Source: Podarcis bocagei
Lineage: Eukaryota
Reading direction: 5' to 3' (one strand)
Assembly: GCA_964188305.1 (NCBI GenBank)
Contig: OZ076885.1
DNA length: 64,000 nt
Within the stretch, counting starts at the first letter, position 1; the number at the start of each line of letters is the position of its first letter. Shown here in pieces: positions 1-13,627 of the stretch. The notes beneath the pieces are model-generated. The model saw nothing but the letters and a program-made list of their open reading frames with translations. It did no database searches and was not told the origin of the DNA. The position numbers and the translations under genes are program-made.

Positions 1-58
1 TGCAACATTTTTTTTCAAATTTTTTGATAATTAGTTGATGGTTGGGAGATGCTTTGAG

Positions 59-230
59 CATAGGAAGAGTCTGCTGGGCCTAGCATCCTGTTCTCACAGT
101 TGCCAGCCCAATGGCAATGGGAAGGCCAAAAGCAAACCCTGAGTGCAACAGCACTCTACCCATTTGTGATTCCCAGCAACTGGTATACTGCCTCCAACAG
201 TGGAGGTAGAAACAACATAGCCATCATGGG
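59..230. mobile_element. Degenerate CR1-like LINE-end fragment (related pieces near 700-870 and 32710-32900)
   Basis: Shared cataggaagag...agcatcctg...gcaactggtatactgcctc motif in several copies. Confidence 0.45.
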
Positions 231-257
231 CACAATTTCCTGTGGAGAAGTGACATA

Positions 258-455
258 AAGTGGTACCTTGGAAGTTGAACGGAATCTGTTCCGGAAGTCC
301 ATTTGACTTCCAAAATGTTCAGAAACCGCAGAAGTTGCATTGGACATTTGGGTTCCAAAGAACGTTCACAAACCGGAACACTCACTTCTGAGTTTGTGGT
401 GTTTGGGAGCCAAAACATTCGACTTTCAAGGTGTTCACGAACCAGGGTACGACTG
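258..455. mobile_element. Tc1/mariner (Tigger-like) MITE
   Basis: Imperfect TIRs agtggtaccttgg / ccagggtacgactg. Confidence 0.65.
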
Positions 456-2025
456 CATATCTGAACTTAAACTAGTAGGCTGCTTTCAAGTACTATACAT
501 GAATTGACTTTAAATACTAAGCTTATACTATTGAGGTTGCAGGATAGTTTATACTTAGCAACCTATTCTTGAGCAAGACATGAATTTACCAATGAATTTA
601 CCAATTAAAGCACAGTTTAGAAGTCAAGAAACAATTTCTTCTACTAATTCTACGAAATTCAATGGTTTCTCAGGAAACACTCCAGTTTCTCAGCCAGTAG
701 TCTAAATAAGACTATTGCCTGAACTGTCTCGGGCAGAATGTCCCAAATGCCAGTTTTTGGAAATCACAAATGGATAGAGTGCTGTTGCACTCAGCTCTTG
801 CTTGTGTACAGGATTCTGGACTAGATCAACCACTGGCTTGATACACTAGGCTCTTCCTATGTTCTTATGTTAGGATAGTAGCTTTGGCAAGAACAGCTAA
901 AATAATCTCTTGCCATGCTCCTTGTGTATATGATGTAATCTCCAATTTAGTAAATTTGATTTATTGGAAGTAATAGATTCTGCATACTTGACAGAAATTT
1001 CCATCATCTGTTAGTCTTTCATCAAGCAAGATGAGTAGAATTTCTGACTTCTAAGTATAGAAGATCATAAACTTTTAAGATAAAATATGAATATATGACA
1101 GTGGGATATAAATCCATAATGCTACAAAAATAACTGCAACTTAACCTATGCTCTTGCTTTGCATCCTGATTTTTTACTATTCATTTTTAAATTAACCCAT
1201 AATGCTTAGGAGGCTTCTGAATATCAAATTACAGTAAATTTGCCTTTTTGCAATTGAAAATAGAATGAACAGGGTAGGTGTCTATCTCTGTTGTTGTTGA
1301 TATTTATATTTCATATGACTAAATGTATTTGACTGTCTCTTTTGGCTGCTGTTGGAAATGTAACATGTTGGTTCTCAAATTATGCTACTATATAGTTGTT
1401 TTGCACGGCTGTTTAATACTGATTTATGGCAATACTATTTTAAAAATAATTGTTCAGATACTAACTTTTTATTTGGAGCATCAGTATTCTGAATTCTATT
1501 CAGTTGCTTATGTTGTAGGAGTTGTGCCTGCAACACATGTTAATCTCTGTGGCTAATTTCTTTTGGTTTTTAGACAGGAAGTGGCTCACCACTGTGGTGA
1601 ATATTTAGTTGCAGCCTGTGCCTAGACTAGAGTTAGGTGACAAACTCAAATGTTCTTCAAAAGTCAGTACAGTTCAGCTGAAAATGTAGAGTCTAGCTTC
1701 CTTATTGAATATACGTATAAAATAACAAAAGGTACTGTTAAAATAACAGTACAATACTTAATAAATAATAATACTGTAGATGAAAATTAATTGAGCCTAA
1801 TTGGCCAAAGATCTAAAACGCTTAAAAAGTAGGTAGTAAGTAGATGAATGGACTTAATTGTCAACACAGCCTGTAAATTAGGTATTAGTGGAAGTTTTGA
1901 AGGAGCCAGTATTTGTCTGTTCAGGGGCTAGTTCTCCATATCAATCTCTTAGTGTTGACTAATTATTTGGGCCTTTGATACTGCAACAAAAGCATATTGC
2001 TATAAATATAAACCATTATGTAGAG

Positions 2026-2162
2026 CAGTGTTTCCCAACCTTGGGCCTCCAGCTGTTTTTGGACTACAACTCCCATCATCCCTAGCTAGCAAGACCAGTG
2101 GTCAGGGATGATGGGAATTGTAGTTCAAAAAACAGCTGGAGGCCCAATGTTGGGAAACACTG
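2026..2162. mobile_element. hAT-type hairpin MITE
   Basis: TIR cagtgtttcccaac/gttgggaaacactg; 8-bp TSD atgtagag. Confidence 0.9.
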
Positions 2163-2170
2163 ATGTAGAG

Positions 2171-2491
2171 CATGGATAGGCAAACTAAGGCCCGGGGGCC
2201 GGATCCTGCCCAATCGCCTTCTAAACCCGGCCCGCGGACGGTCCGGGAATTAGCGTGTTTTGACATGAGTAGAAATGTTGAGTAGAAAATGCATCTCTGG
2301 GTTATTTGTGGGGCCTGCCTGGTGTTTTTACATGAGTAGAATGTGTGCTTTTATTTAAAATGCATCTCTGGGTTATTTGTGGGGCATAGGAATTTGTTCA
2401 TTTATTTATTTTTCCAAAATATAGTCCAGCCCCCCACACGGTCTGAGGGACAGTGGACTAGCCCCCTGTTGAAAAAGTTTGCTGACCCCTG
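2171..2491. mobile_element. hAT (Charlie-like) non-autonomous element
   Basis: Ends catggataggcaaact / agtttgctgacccctg; TSD atgtagag; internal duplication of about 50 bp. Confidence 0.85.
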
Positions 2492-2969
2492 ATGTAGAGC
2501 TTCACGTTTGGGTTGTCGTAGTCATTGATAGGACATTGAGGGGGAATTGAGTTTCCATTTGTCCAGTGCTGCCTTAACATAAACACTCCAAAACAGGAGT
2601 GTAATAAAAATGGTTTCTGTTGTGGTTTGCACAGAAACTTGAAATAAGTGCTGGTGGTTTGCTGATTGCATACTTGGACTTCATTACTATGAGGGATCTT
2701 TTAAAACAATGATAAAGCATATGTGTTTGATGTTTCCTAGTTGAATTCTGTCATGGTTAAAGACTTCTCTTTCCCCTAATATGCCGTAATTAAAACTTGT
2801 GGTTACATAAAAGTTTTGTCAGACAAGAGTGTTTCCATTACCTCTGCAAATCTAGCAGTGGGAGAGGAATATTCCAGCAACATTGTAGAATACGTGTGAT
2901 AGAATTTGTAGACGAGTTGATTTGCTCCTATTAAAATATAGGTGCTGAGTATGGTTTCCCCCTCTCTTT

Positions 2970-3070
2970 AGGACGGGGGTTATTGGGTTGTTTTTATTTT
3001 GATTATATATTTTTATTTTGTTCTGTGAACTGCCCTGAGACCTCCGGGTATAGGGCGGTATATAAAATCA

Positions 3071-3121
<51 letters not shown>
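2970..3121 (+). mobile_element. LINE (L2-like) 3' tail ending in (AAT)n
   Basis: gccctgagacctc..ggtatagggcggtat stem plus microsatellite; inverted copy at about 9304-9640. Confidence 0.6.
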
Positions 3122-3649
3122 TTTAAGACACAACACCCTCTTGTTTTTCAGTGCCTCTTAACATCTAATATCCCTAGACTATTAAACTGAAAATTACTTT
3201 CTTAATTCACACATGTGTTACTTTAGATGATGTAAGTTAGTTGTGTTATTAGAATTTTGAAAAGGAAAGAGTATTAATCTGGAGAGAGTCTTAATTTCCT
3301 AGAGCAGACTTGTAAATAGCTAAGTGCTTGGATGCCTGTGGCAAGTGAAATTTGTCTGCATGACGTATGATGAGTTTGAATTTCTTCTAGTCATAAAAAG
3401 GCACTAGCTGTCTCTTCTCCTCTCCTTCTGGAAGACCATCAGCTCTGAAGAATATCAGACCCTGTTCACCATTGGGGGAGTGGGGGCTTGGACTGTGTAT
3501 ATATGCAGCCTCTGTAGAAGAATTCAAATCCCTGTTGAGTTTACATTGTACATCTCTCTCCCACTCTCTGTGATGTGCAACTAAGCTGTGGTTGCTGCCT
3601 GATTTGTCCCACTTAGGATTGCGTGTTTGTGTCCCATCGTTCAGCCTGG

Positions 3650-3962
3650 ACACTGAGGTCCAGCTCTGAGGGCCTTCTGGCGGTTCCCTCACTGTGAGAG
3701 ATGAGGTTACAGGGAACCTGTAAAGAGGGCCTTCTCAGTAGCAGCGCCTGCAGAACACCCTCCCATCAGATGTCAAGGAAGTAAACAACTATCTGACTTT
3801 TAGAAGACATCTGAAGGCAACCCTGTATTGGGAAATTTTTAATGTCTAATGTTTGGCAATTTCTGTGTGCTGTAAGCCACCCAGAGTGGCTGGAGAAACC
3901 CAACCAGATGGGCGGGGAATAATAATAATAATAATAATAAGAAGAAGAAGAAGAAGAAGAAG
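3650..3962 (+). mobile_element. L2-like LINE 3' end with (AAT)n(AAG)n tail
   Basis: agggccttctc..., tttagaagacatctgaagg, gtaagccacccagag pattern. Confidence 0.65.
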
Positions 3963-5019
3963 TAGTTTCCCCCACCCAGAGTTTCTCCATTATAACCTTT
4001 GCATTCAGACTCGGACTCTTCTGTAACAGTTCCAACTATCGCTTAATAATATTTTTTTTCAGCAGTCCTATCCCCATCCCCCTAGACCAGATGGCTGCTT
4101 GGGATAAACCATCTACTTGGCTGAGATTACACCTGTCTGCTATCATTGGTTGTATTGTGAACACTGCTCACTTCAAAGAGATTGTGCAGTCATTTTCCCC
4201 AGGTCCTGCAAACATGTGGATTCTGCTCTCATTTGAGTCTTATTTTCTCTGCAGAACCTTCTATATTCAATGTTATGCTCTCCATATGTTGTTGGACTAT
4301 ATCTCCCATCAGACCCAGCCAGCATGGTCAGTGATGATGGGATGGGAGTTTATACTCTAAACAATATCTATAGGGCACTATATTGACTTCCCCTGCTGTT
4401 CTGTCCTAAGCAGGGTTCCCGCCTGGGGGATGAGGATGCAGCTAGAATAGGGTGTATGCTAAGCACAAATTCCAGGGATCCAGGGTCATGTACTGCTAGT
4501 CCCAGGTCAGGGTCAAGTAAACAAAGGTCTAGCACAGGTCAGGTGCCAGCAAGACAAGGTCATATAAAGGAGGGAGGGATCTGTGGAAGTAAAGTTAGGC
4601 AAAAGAGAGGTTTAGGTTGAAATGCAAGCAAGCTGGGTAGCACCCTAGATAGCTCCACGTGGCACCTAGGCAGGAAGCCAAACAAGGCAAACTTAAATGT
4701 TGTTTTAAAACCAGCAACTGAACCTTAAATGGGAATGCACATTCCTCTAAGTAGCTAGCTCCACTCATGATGAGTGGAGCCTCTGTTCTTAAAGGAATGT
4801 AGAGGAGGCCGGGGTTCTTTTGTGGCCTGTGAGCTGAAGTTACTGGAATCTGAGGACGGCTATGTGCCTTTTCCAGGCACTAAAGGCTGTGGCATAATGT
4901 GACCCTCGTGCGAAGGCCCATATGTCAAAGACTGGTGAATCCTTTTCCCAGTCCATCATGTCCTCTGTATCCATGGTCTTTTCCCCCTGAGAATGTGGCC
5001 ATTAGAGCTGTCAGCAATG

Positions 5020-5232
5020 CCGACTTCTCCGGCCGGTGCCGCCTCCTCCTCCTCCATCCCAGCAGCCGCCGCCTCTCGAGCTCCACTGCCGCCGCCGCCT
5101 TGCTTTGCCCGGCTCGGCTGCCCAGCTCCATCCCCCTCCTCTTTCTGGTGCTTCTGCTTTTCTGCTCAGGGTCCCCGAGGATCTGCAGAGCCGTGGCAAA
5201 GGTGTAAAAGAGCCGTGGGTTGCCGACCCCTG
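5020..5232. mobile_element. GC-rich hAT element remnant with one TIR
   Basis: Ends ggttgccgacccctg with subterminal agagccgtgg repeats. Confidence 0.5.
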
Positions 5233-6872
5233 AACTAGTTGACCAGGCTGCCAAGATGGCGAGCTGCCTTGCTTTAAATCAGAAAAATGTACCACCAAGA
5301 GACTTTATTTGTATTCATTCATCTATTCATTGCATTTGTATCCTTTTTCACCAGCTCCCATTTTTAAGTCCAACATGAAAGACTGGTGGCAAGAGCTGTG
5401 GGAAGGCCAGACAAACTGTAGGTTTTGAAATCTGAAACCTGTACTTCAGTTGTGCTTAGCCACCTTACTTAAGAGCTGAAGGAAGAAAGTTGTCTTGACA
5501 GCACCAGGTTTGAGGGCTGCCAGACTGCTCCTCCAAATGCCATCTGGATGGTCCTTAGGCAGCATGGTGGAGGCAAACAACAGTGGGGGAAAGTGGAAAA
5601 GAGAGGCATTAGACACCCAGAAGCACAAGGGGAGGGGGGAAGACAGCTCAAATTAGTACTGTAAATTGATTTTTTCAAAATAGCCAAATACACTTTTAGC
5701 ATAGTTAAGTGCCAAGCTTTTTTGGTAAGACGTTCAGGTCTCTTTCTGGATCTCTCTTGAGCGTTCTAGCCTTTACCTGGAAAACAGAGAGACCCAGGCA
5801 GGGCAACTGTTGCATGTAGCTTTCCATGCCTTCTCAGGCCTAAAAGGGTAAGGGCTTAGGCACTATGAAGTGCCTTGACGGTTCAGCTGCACTCACTTCA
5901 TTCTTGTGAAAGATGCAAAGGGAAAAAGAGAAGGAGGAGGGGTTGCAACTTAGACAAGTGGGATGGGTGATGGGTGAGCATTGCCTCAAATCTTATTTGC
6001 AACGCTGTAGATACACTCTGATGCTAACATACCATGGCATTTCATGGGTTTTCAGCTGGGGCACTTTTGTCTAGTGTCACAAATAGAGTGGTGGTGCTAT
6101 TAGTAAAACAAATCCCTATCTAAAGAAAAGGCTTTATTGTGCAGCTATTTCATTGAACTGGAGCTGTCTTTGTTCACACAGAGAAAAACTTGTAAACACA
6201 GATTTAAAATGCCTCAGTGGACAATTTAAGAACAAATTGTTTCTAAGCATGGAAGAATGTAAAATCGTACTTGTCAGAATTTGACCTGCTTTTATTCTTA
6301 AATTCTATGATAGACAGTTTCTGTTTGTAGTCCTATTAGTAAGAACTGAAAATTCACTTGCTAAAGGTTACTGTTGGATTGATCCTTGCCTATCTTAAAG
6401 TTTAGGACAACTTTTGTACACTCTTGTGTGAGTTGATGTTTGGCAAATAGTGCAGTTTCTTTAAGGGAAGTAAAGGTCAGTTTGCCTGGGGGAAAATCAC
6501 ATAGGTTTTTAGGAGCTTTTCAGAAAAAGAGACAGAAGCATGGTAGTGAATAGTTGCCTTGAATGAGAATGTAGAAAGTGGAGAAACCCAGAGATCAGGA
6601 ATGGGGTGGGCAGATGAGTCATGATAATGGGTAGTGACTGAAGGGTCCCAGGAGAATGGCGAGTGTTGAGACAGAAGGGATTGCAGTATGTGAGGGTTAT
6701 GTGGAAAAAGCATTGAGGAGCTGGGAAAATTAAGGAGATGTTGCGTGCACTAAAAGGTGGGCTAACAGTGATTCTTATAAATAAATTAGAAGTGTTGAAG
6801 AACACTTGGGACCTTGCTCATTTTCCATTTGGGGGCTAACAAAACACGGGCCACAGTTGTTGCATACATAAA

Positions 6873-7038
6873 TCACCTTTTCTGACACCTGGGAATTTCA
6901 GTCTGAGTTATCCCCAACAGAAAGGACTGTTTTTTTGCGGGGGGGGGGGTAATTTCAAACATTTTTTTCAATTCTTTATGAATCATTTCCCCATGCTCTT
7001 TTACCCTTTTACATGTCCAAGCAAAGTGAAAAGTATTA
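6873..7038 (-). mobile_element. L1-type ORF2 C-terminal fragment
   Basis: FHFAWTCKRVKEHGEMIHKELKKMFEI...SFLLGI; similar to the L1 peptide at 60.7-61.5 kb. Confidence 0.7.
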
Positions 7039-7400
7039 ACGTGGGTGGCGCTGTGGGTAAAACCCAGCACCTAGGACTTGCTGATCGCATGGTCGGCGGT
7101 TCGAATCCCCGCGGCGGGGTGCGCTCCCGTTGCTCGGTCCCAGCGCCTGCCAACCTAGCAGTTCAAAAGCACCCCCGGGTGCAAGTAGATAAATAGGGAC
7201 CGCTTACTAGCGGGAAGGTAAACGGTGTTTCCGTGCGCTGCGCTGGCTCGCCGGAGCAGCTCCGTCACGCTGGCCACGTGACCCGGAAGTGTCTGCGGAC
7301 AGCGCTGGCTCCCGGCCTCTAGAGTGAGATGAGCACACAACCCTAGAGTCTGTCAAGGCTGGCCCGTACGGGCAGGGGTACCTTTACCTTTACCTAACCT
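7039..7400 (+). mobile_element. Sauria SINE, full length
   Basis: tRNA-like head with A box (gtggcgctgtgg) and B box (ggttcgaatcc); (ACCTTT)n tail. Confidence 0.9.
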
Positions 7401-9303
7401 TGTTGTAGGCATGACCATGTGTTTGTAAGTGCTTGGTCATCTTTGCAATAAAACTTGTTCCATGGTGCTTTATAGCTTCTGGCTCCTCTGGGAAAAAGTT
7501 GCTTTGCAGCACTGGAGAGGACACGTAGCAGGAGTGATTGCATCAATAGCCCCCCACATTTCACTGTTCCAAAATGAGGCTAGGGCCATGACACAATCCT
7601 AAGCCTTGTCAACCATAAAATATCCTAGCACATTAAAGGATCTGTTGATAAGCAATAGCAAAATTGTAGAGAGATGGGATTGCAATTATTTGCCTCACTT
7701 TGACAAAGTTAACGGGTTAAAGCAGGGGCATTAAGGAAAATGGGCTGTAGCCCCTCAAAACAAATGCCTGTTATTAAGATGGTTGCAGAATACAGTTTCA
7801 GTTGCATCTGATGAACTTGGTGCTTTAGAAACAGATAACCAGATGGTCAGCTTTTCTGTTTTCATCCAAATGGACTCTGACTGTTTTCACGCTGAATCAT
7901 ATTTCTGCTGTTGCCAAAACTGATTTCACTGGTTACTTTAAAAAGCGAATTACTAGCTTTGAGTTGAAAGATGACTACACGTTTGGCTTGCCGTTGACTC
8001 TAGAAATGCTGCTCTTGCTAAAAATGTTGGAGTGCTGATTTATTGACTGCATCCACTTGGCACTGGTTGGAATAATAGATACGGGAAGGGAGGATGTAAC
8101 CTTTGCAAGTTTTGAAGATTATGTCTTTCTTAGCTGGTGTTCCCTTAAGTTGTAAGTTTTGAATAGCTCACAGCTTCTTTCCCCTCATATTTTCTTTTCT
8201 GTTACTTGAAGCAGAAAAAACCATGTCATGAGGCACATGGCTAGTCATGAGATACATAGTACAAAGAGGAGGATGTTCTCCTGCCAGCTATATAGGGGAA
8301 TATGTGACACTTCAGATGCTCTTGGACTTCAGCTCTTAGCAGCTTCAGCCCCGTGAACTATACACTTTGTATGTTTTATTTAGTCTTTGAATTGTTGCTT
8401 GATTTGAATACAGGACATTGGGGAGATTTAGTTAGATGCAGCAAACTGGCTATCCGTTAAATATTTCACTTGGTACAGGGTGACCTGGCATAATGCTAAG
8501 CATAATGCTACATAATATGCTACATGGTACATAACGCTAAGCCATGGCTTAGACTACAAACAAGCAAACATTGGCATTTCCAGGCAGAAGATCACGGCCA
8601 CTGTACTCATCTCATTCCCTGGTTGCTGTGCTACGTGGCATTAAGACATGGTTTGACTTCACATCTGATCCTGGACTCCTGCTTTTAGCTTGTCTGGGGA
8701 AAAACCAATCACTAATCAGGGTTTGCATGTAACAAAAAGCCAAACCACACAGCAGCATAGCCAAGGAAAGGCACTCAAGCAGCCACAATCTTCCCTCCAG
8801 GAACCTGGTTTTTTGCTTGTTTGGCTTCCCATATGTACAAGTGAAGCCAGTATCTTGTGAATATTGTATAGAAAATGCTGATTAGGTATTCAGGAAGAAA
8901 CCGCTTTGGAGTTCACTTGAGTTAGGAAGGGTAAGAGTGGTAAATTGATGGGTTTCCCCGCCCCTTTTCCTGTATTTATATTTGCAGTGGTCATGGTAAT
9001 CTATGTTAGACTAAAACCAGGGTGCAGTATTTCATTCATATTGGTCAATTTTGGTATAAATGAATGTGTCCAAAAAGGGCACAAGAAATATCTCCAGACA
9101 CTTAGGCACCTAAAAATCTGTTGTGGGCAGGATATCCGCTATAGTGCACCACAACAATTTCCAAAATATACTTCAAAGGTTGAATTGTGGTATTTGGAGA
9201 GAGTGATAGGTGGGTGCACAGATTACAGTTGCATGTGCACCTGTCCTCATTGGCTGAGAAGTTTGTGTTTATTATCTCACCAAACTAGGCAACTTTTTTC
9301 TCA

Positions 9304-9304
9304 G

Positions 9305-9360
<56 letters not shown>

Positions 9361-9361
9361 G
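9304..9361. repeat. (TTG)n microsatellite, tail of an inverted LINE end
   Basis: Seen directly. Confidence 0.95.
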
Positions 9362-9444
9362 GAATCTATATATTGCCCTATACCCAGAGATCTCAGGGCG
9401 GTTCACAGAACAATATCAACATAAAACACCACAATCTATATAAT

Positions 9445-9597
9445 CAGTGCTTTTTTTCTAAAAAAAAATGTTTAGGGGTACTCTCATTTTCCTACTCATA
9501 TTGAAATACTGCCCCTCAATGAGGCCAAATTTAGATTCACAAAATGTGTACAGTAGTGGTATGCGTACCCCTGTGCCCCCCCCAGAAAAAAGCACTG
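9445..9597. mobile_element. hAT-type MITE nested in an inverted LINE tail
   Basis: TIR cagtgctttttt/aaaaaagcactg; 8-bp TSD tatataat. Confidence 0.85.
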
Positions 9598-9826
9598 TAT
9601 ATAATCAAAATAAAAACAACAACCCAATAACACCCCCCCCAGTTTACATTTATATGTAAATACTGCCCCTCAATGAGGTCTCTGGGTGCCATTAATCTGT
9701 ACAATGAGTGGGAAGGGGGTGGTGGAAGAGGAGTTGCCAGACATGAATGTACTCTGCGCATTGGCCCAAGGCGTGGGAAGGTTCAGGCAGAGAATGTCAC
9801 CTGTTACCTCAAAGTAGTTCATATGA

Positions 9827-10096
<270 letters not shown>

Positions 10097-12057
10097 TAGG
10101 ATGGGACCCAGATCATAGGGGGGGGGGATCTGAATTCAGTCCACTAAATGCATTTGATGACCTTGGACAAATCAGCATCTTCACAAGGTGGTTGTGAGGA
10201 TGAAATTGTACAACCTTCATGTGGTGGAAGGTTAGGAAACTCACAGAGATGTTGCCACAGATACAACTTGAAAATAATTTGACTTATCAGTATGATCTGG
10301 AAAAACTACCTTACTGCAGTTTGCAGTAGCAGGTCAAACTTTCTTAAAAAGTAAGATGACTTGTTTTCTTTTTGCCTTCAAATGGTGTTTGTAATGAAGA
10401 CATTTTGGGGAATAATTCTAGTAGATTGGGAAAAAATCCAGGTGGCGTGCATTTCTCCCTTTTTCTCCTGTTACCTTGACTTTTGTTAGTTTAAAATCTT
10501 GATTGTCTTTCTAAAATTTGTAATTTTGATATGCATTATTAATGCAGGCAAGGGTAGTATGGAGAATGAAATGTCTTTCTGCTAGGAAATCGATTACTCC
10601 TTTTTAAATATGATAAATGTTTGTCCTGGTGCGTTAAAAAAAATAATAACAACAACTTCATTGTGAAGTCTCAATTCCACTTGCTTAACACTGAATAGGA
10701 AAATTTCTTCATAGCCTGCGTGTAAAGAGCTTTGATTGGAGCAGACCTTGCCGTTCCCTATTCTACAGTCTCTGTTATAAAACAGTATACGCATAATGGG
10801 ACATGACTCATGAAGGTTCCTAGCTGGGCTACATGAAAATTTCCAGTGTAACATTAATATACACTGATTATTATGAGTTAGTGAAGGTTAAAAGATTTAA
10901 ATGTAATTTGTGATTGTGCACTGTAGGTCCCAGTTTTCAGAATGAGTGTTTTGTTTTTGTTTTCTGGATACCCCTACTCTCTGGGAAAAAAATAATTAAA
11001 ACAATAATTCTGGCCAGCTAAAAACTATTAACTCATTCATGCAAAATGTTTTAAATATTGAAGTGGTATGATTTTAGTAGAGGAGAGTTATGTTTATAAA
11101 ATTTGTTAGAGTGTGCAATGTATTAATAGTTTAAAGCAAGCTAATAGAGCTTTAATGATACTTGAAAGCAGATTTTGAAAATTGAAACATTAAAAAATAT
11201 TTTTGATAGCACGTGTGTAGAGAATAATTTCTTTGCCTTGGTGGTTTTTTAACGAGCTTTTAAAAGACTCTTATAACTTCATCAAAATAGAAGTCTGTAC
11301 ATGGCTGGATAAAGGCAGTATTGTTTTTCTTTTTTTGCTCAGTTAAAAGATGTATGGCAATTGCATAGTAGCACTTTATTTTTCTTCACTTTCTAATCTG
11401 ACTTGCCAGTTTCCTAAATGACCAATTGTGCCAGTGGCTTTCCCATGCAGTATTGTTCTCCACATTCAAGTATAATTTGACCTCCTAGCGAAAGTTGATC
11501 TATCGGATCCTGCAAGGAAGCAAAAACCTTTCAAGGGAGATCCTGGTGGTTAGGCCCCATTCATGCTTTTTGCAAGATGCCATGTTGCAGAATGAGGTCA
11601 GGGAATGTCACCAGGTGAGACCCTCGTCTCCATCTCCCACAATGCAACCTGTTGCAAAGCAAAGTTGTAATTGTTTGCTTGCTCAGCAGAGTCTTTCCTA
11701 GTAATGTTTGGAATGGCCTTTGTTGGTAGCAGCATAACTGTAACCATTTGCATAACATAAGAGGAGATACCTTTACGGAAGGAATCTCCTGGGATCTTAG
11801 GGTCCGGTGCTGCTGGTCTACCACCCCTTCCTGTACAAACATTGAGGCATGAGCAGTATGTGTGGTTCATGTGTCAGGAAATGACATCTCTGCCAGGACA
11901 TCTGCTCAAGTTACTTTTTCTAACAAGAAAATTAAAGCTGACATTTGGGGAAAATGTTTATAGTGAGCATGGCAATGACCACAACAATATATGCCATCTA
12001 TCAGTCGTCAGAAGCACCAGAGGCTAGCTTTTAAGTCTTGCTATGTTTACTTACTTA

Positions 12058-12230
12058 CCGTATTTTTCTGTGTATAAGATGCCCCCATGTATAAGACGCC
12101 CCCTATTTTGGGGGACTCCAAATTAAGAAAAACACCCCTCAGCACTACCCATGTATAAGACGAGCCCCAATTTTAAACCTAATTTTTTGTTTTAAAAACC
12201 TAGTCTTATGCTGTACACGGAAAAATATGG
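12058..12230. mobile_element. CCGTATTTT-type TA-flanked MITE
   Basis: TIR ccgtattttt/aaaaatatgg; TA flanks; inverted relative to the copies at 19903 and 25910. Confidence 0.85.
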
Positions 12231-12451
12231 TACATAGCATTAATAGGATGCTTTTATGGTAACATTCCTACTTAATTCAGACATTTTAGATTGCCCCATC
12301 CCATTTAGGCAAATATGAAAATACTGTACAGTATATCTGCATAAACCAAAAATTCTGATATTAAATGAGAATAAATATAAATTATATTGGAACTTAGGGG
12401 AAAATTAGAGGTATAGTAATGACACCGACTAGCTTGCTTAATGTGTCTTAA

Positions 12452-12703
<252 letters not shown>

Positions 12704-13538
12704 TAATTCTGATTTATGAGTCTCCCTGTATGTTTTCAGAATGCAAAGATTTGTATGCAGGACTCCTTCCCTTTCCCAAATGGCATCATGGTCCTTTTTA
12801 CTGAACTCCTATTCTTCCTTCTGTATCTCAGTCTTTAAAAAACAAAAACCCCAGCCTCCCTGCTTTTCTGGCTACTTGTGATATCTGTATTTTGAGAAAT
12901 GGGTAGAAGGCTTTCACCATGGGAAAGAAAGCATTTGGTGCCATTCCCTTCCTTTGGATTCGGTTGTCAAACAGTACCTTTGTGACAACAGGGTATGTCC
13001 CTCTCCCTTTTCTGTTTGCATGTCCCAGATGTTGTCATGACCCAGATATAATGCCACCCATGTGTGTTGCATTGGCTTCCAAGATCAAATACAATTTCCA
13101 GATTTGCATGATATGCAAAATCTAGGGATTAGCTTCCTGTGTGTCTGTACTGGGAATTTTTAAATCAACAGAATAAATAAAAATAATAGTTAGGCTTCAG
13201 TCTGCATGTAGTTCTAACAGCCCTTGTAGCTGAGTCTAACAGTGCTAAATTGTGAATCAGGTTACATGTTCAGTTTGTCTGCTTGTTTTGTGCAGATACA
13301 TATCTGATTGCATGTTCAAATTTTGTTCAGATTCTTGCATGTCTTTTCCTAAAGTACCCTTTCCCTGTGGTATTTTTGCAATTCGTTAGGCATATCTCAA
13401 GAGTAATGTGAATAAGAATGATTCGCAAGGCTTACAGCTATTCAGTCAGAACATTGCAGCAAGATAATGGCATAGTGGCATGCCATTTTATTCATTTCCT
13501 TGGGAATTATATGAGCTTGCAGAGAAATAAATTTGTAG

Positions 13539-13627
13539 TGCAACCCTAACCATACCTACTCAGAAGTAATCCCTATTGAATTCCATGGGGCTTACCCCCA
13601 GGTAAGTGGGGTTAGGAGGGCAGCCTT
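13539..13627. repeat. Short palindromic dispersed repeat (relatives near 17480, 22000, 41170, 47650, 50380, 55950)
   Basis: tgcaaccctaac...gttaggagggca foldback. Confidence 0.55.

Noticed and set aside
4899-5298. Possible ABI2 first exon or promoter
   Set aside because: The expected MAELQMLLEEEIP start is absent and the block ends in a hAT TIR; exon 1 should lie upstream of the window.
7039-7115. tRNA-like A/B boxes (also about 58755-58830)
   Set aside because: Head of a Sauria SINE, not a tRNA gene.
7795-7840. CTGATGA...GAAA second hammerhead candidate
   Set aside because: Stems I and II do not pair convincingly.
8945-9424. 159-aa ORF with poly-Leu
   Set aside because: The poly-Leu comes from the (TTG)n microsatellite; no recognisable homology.
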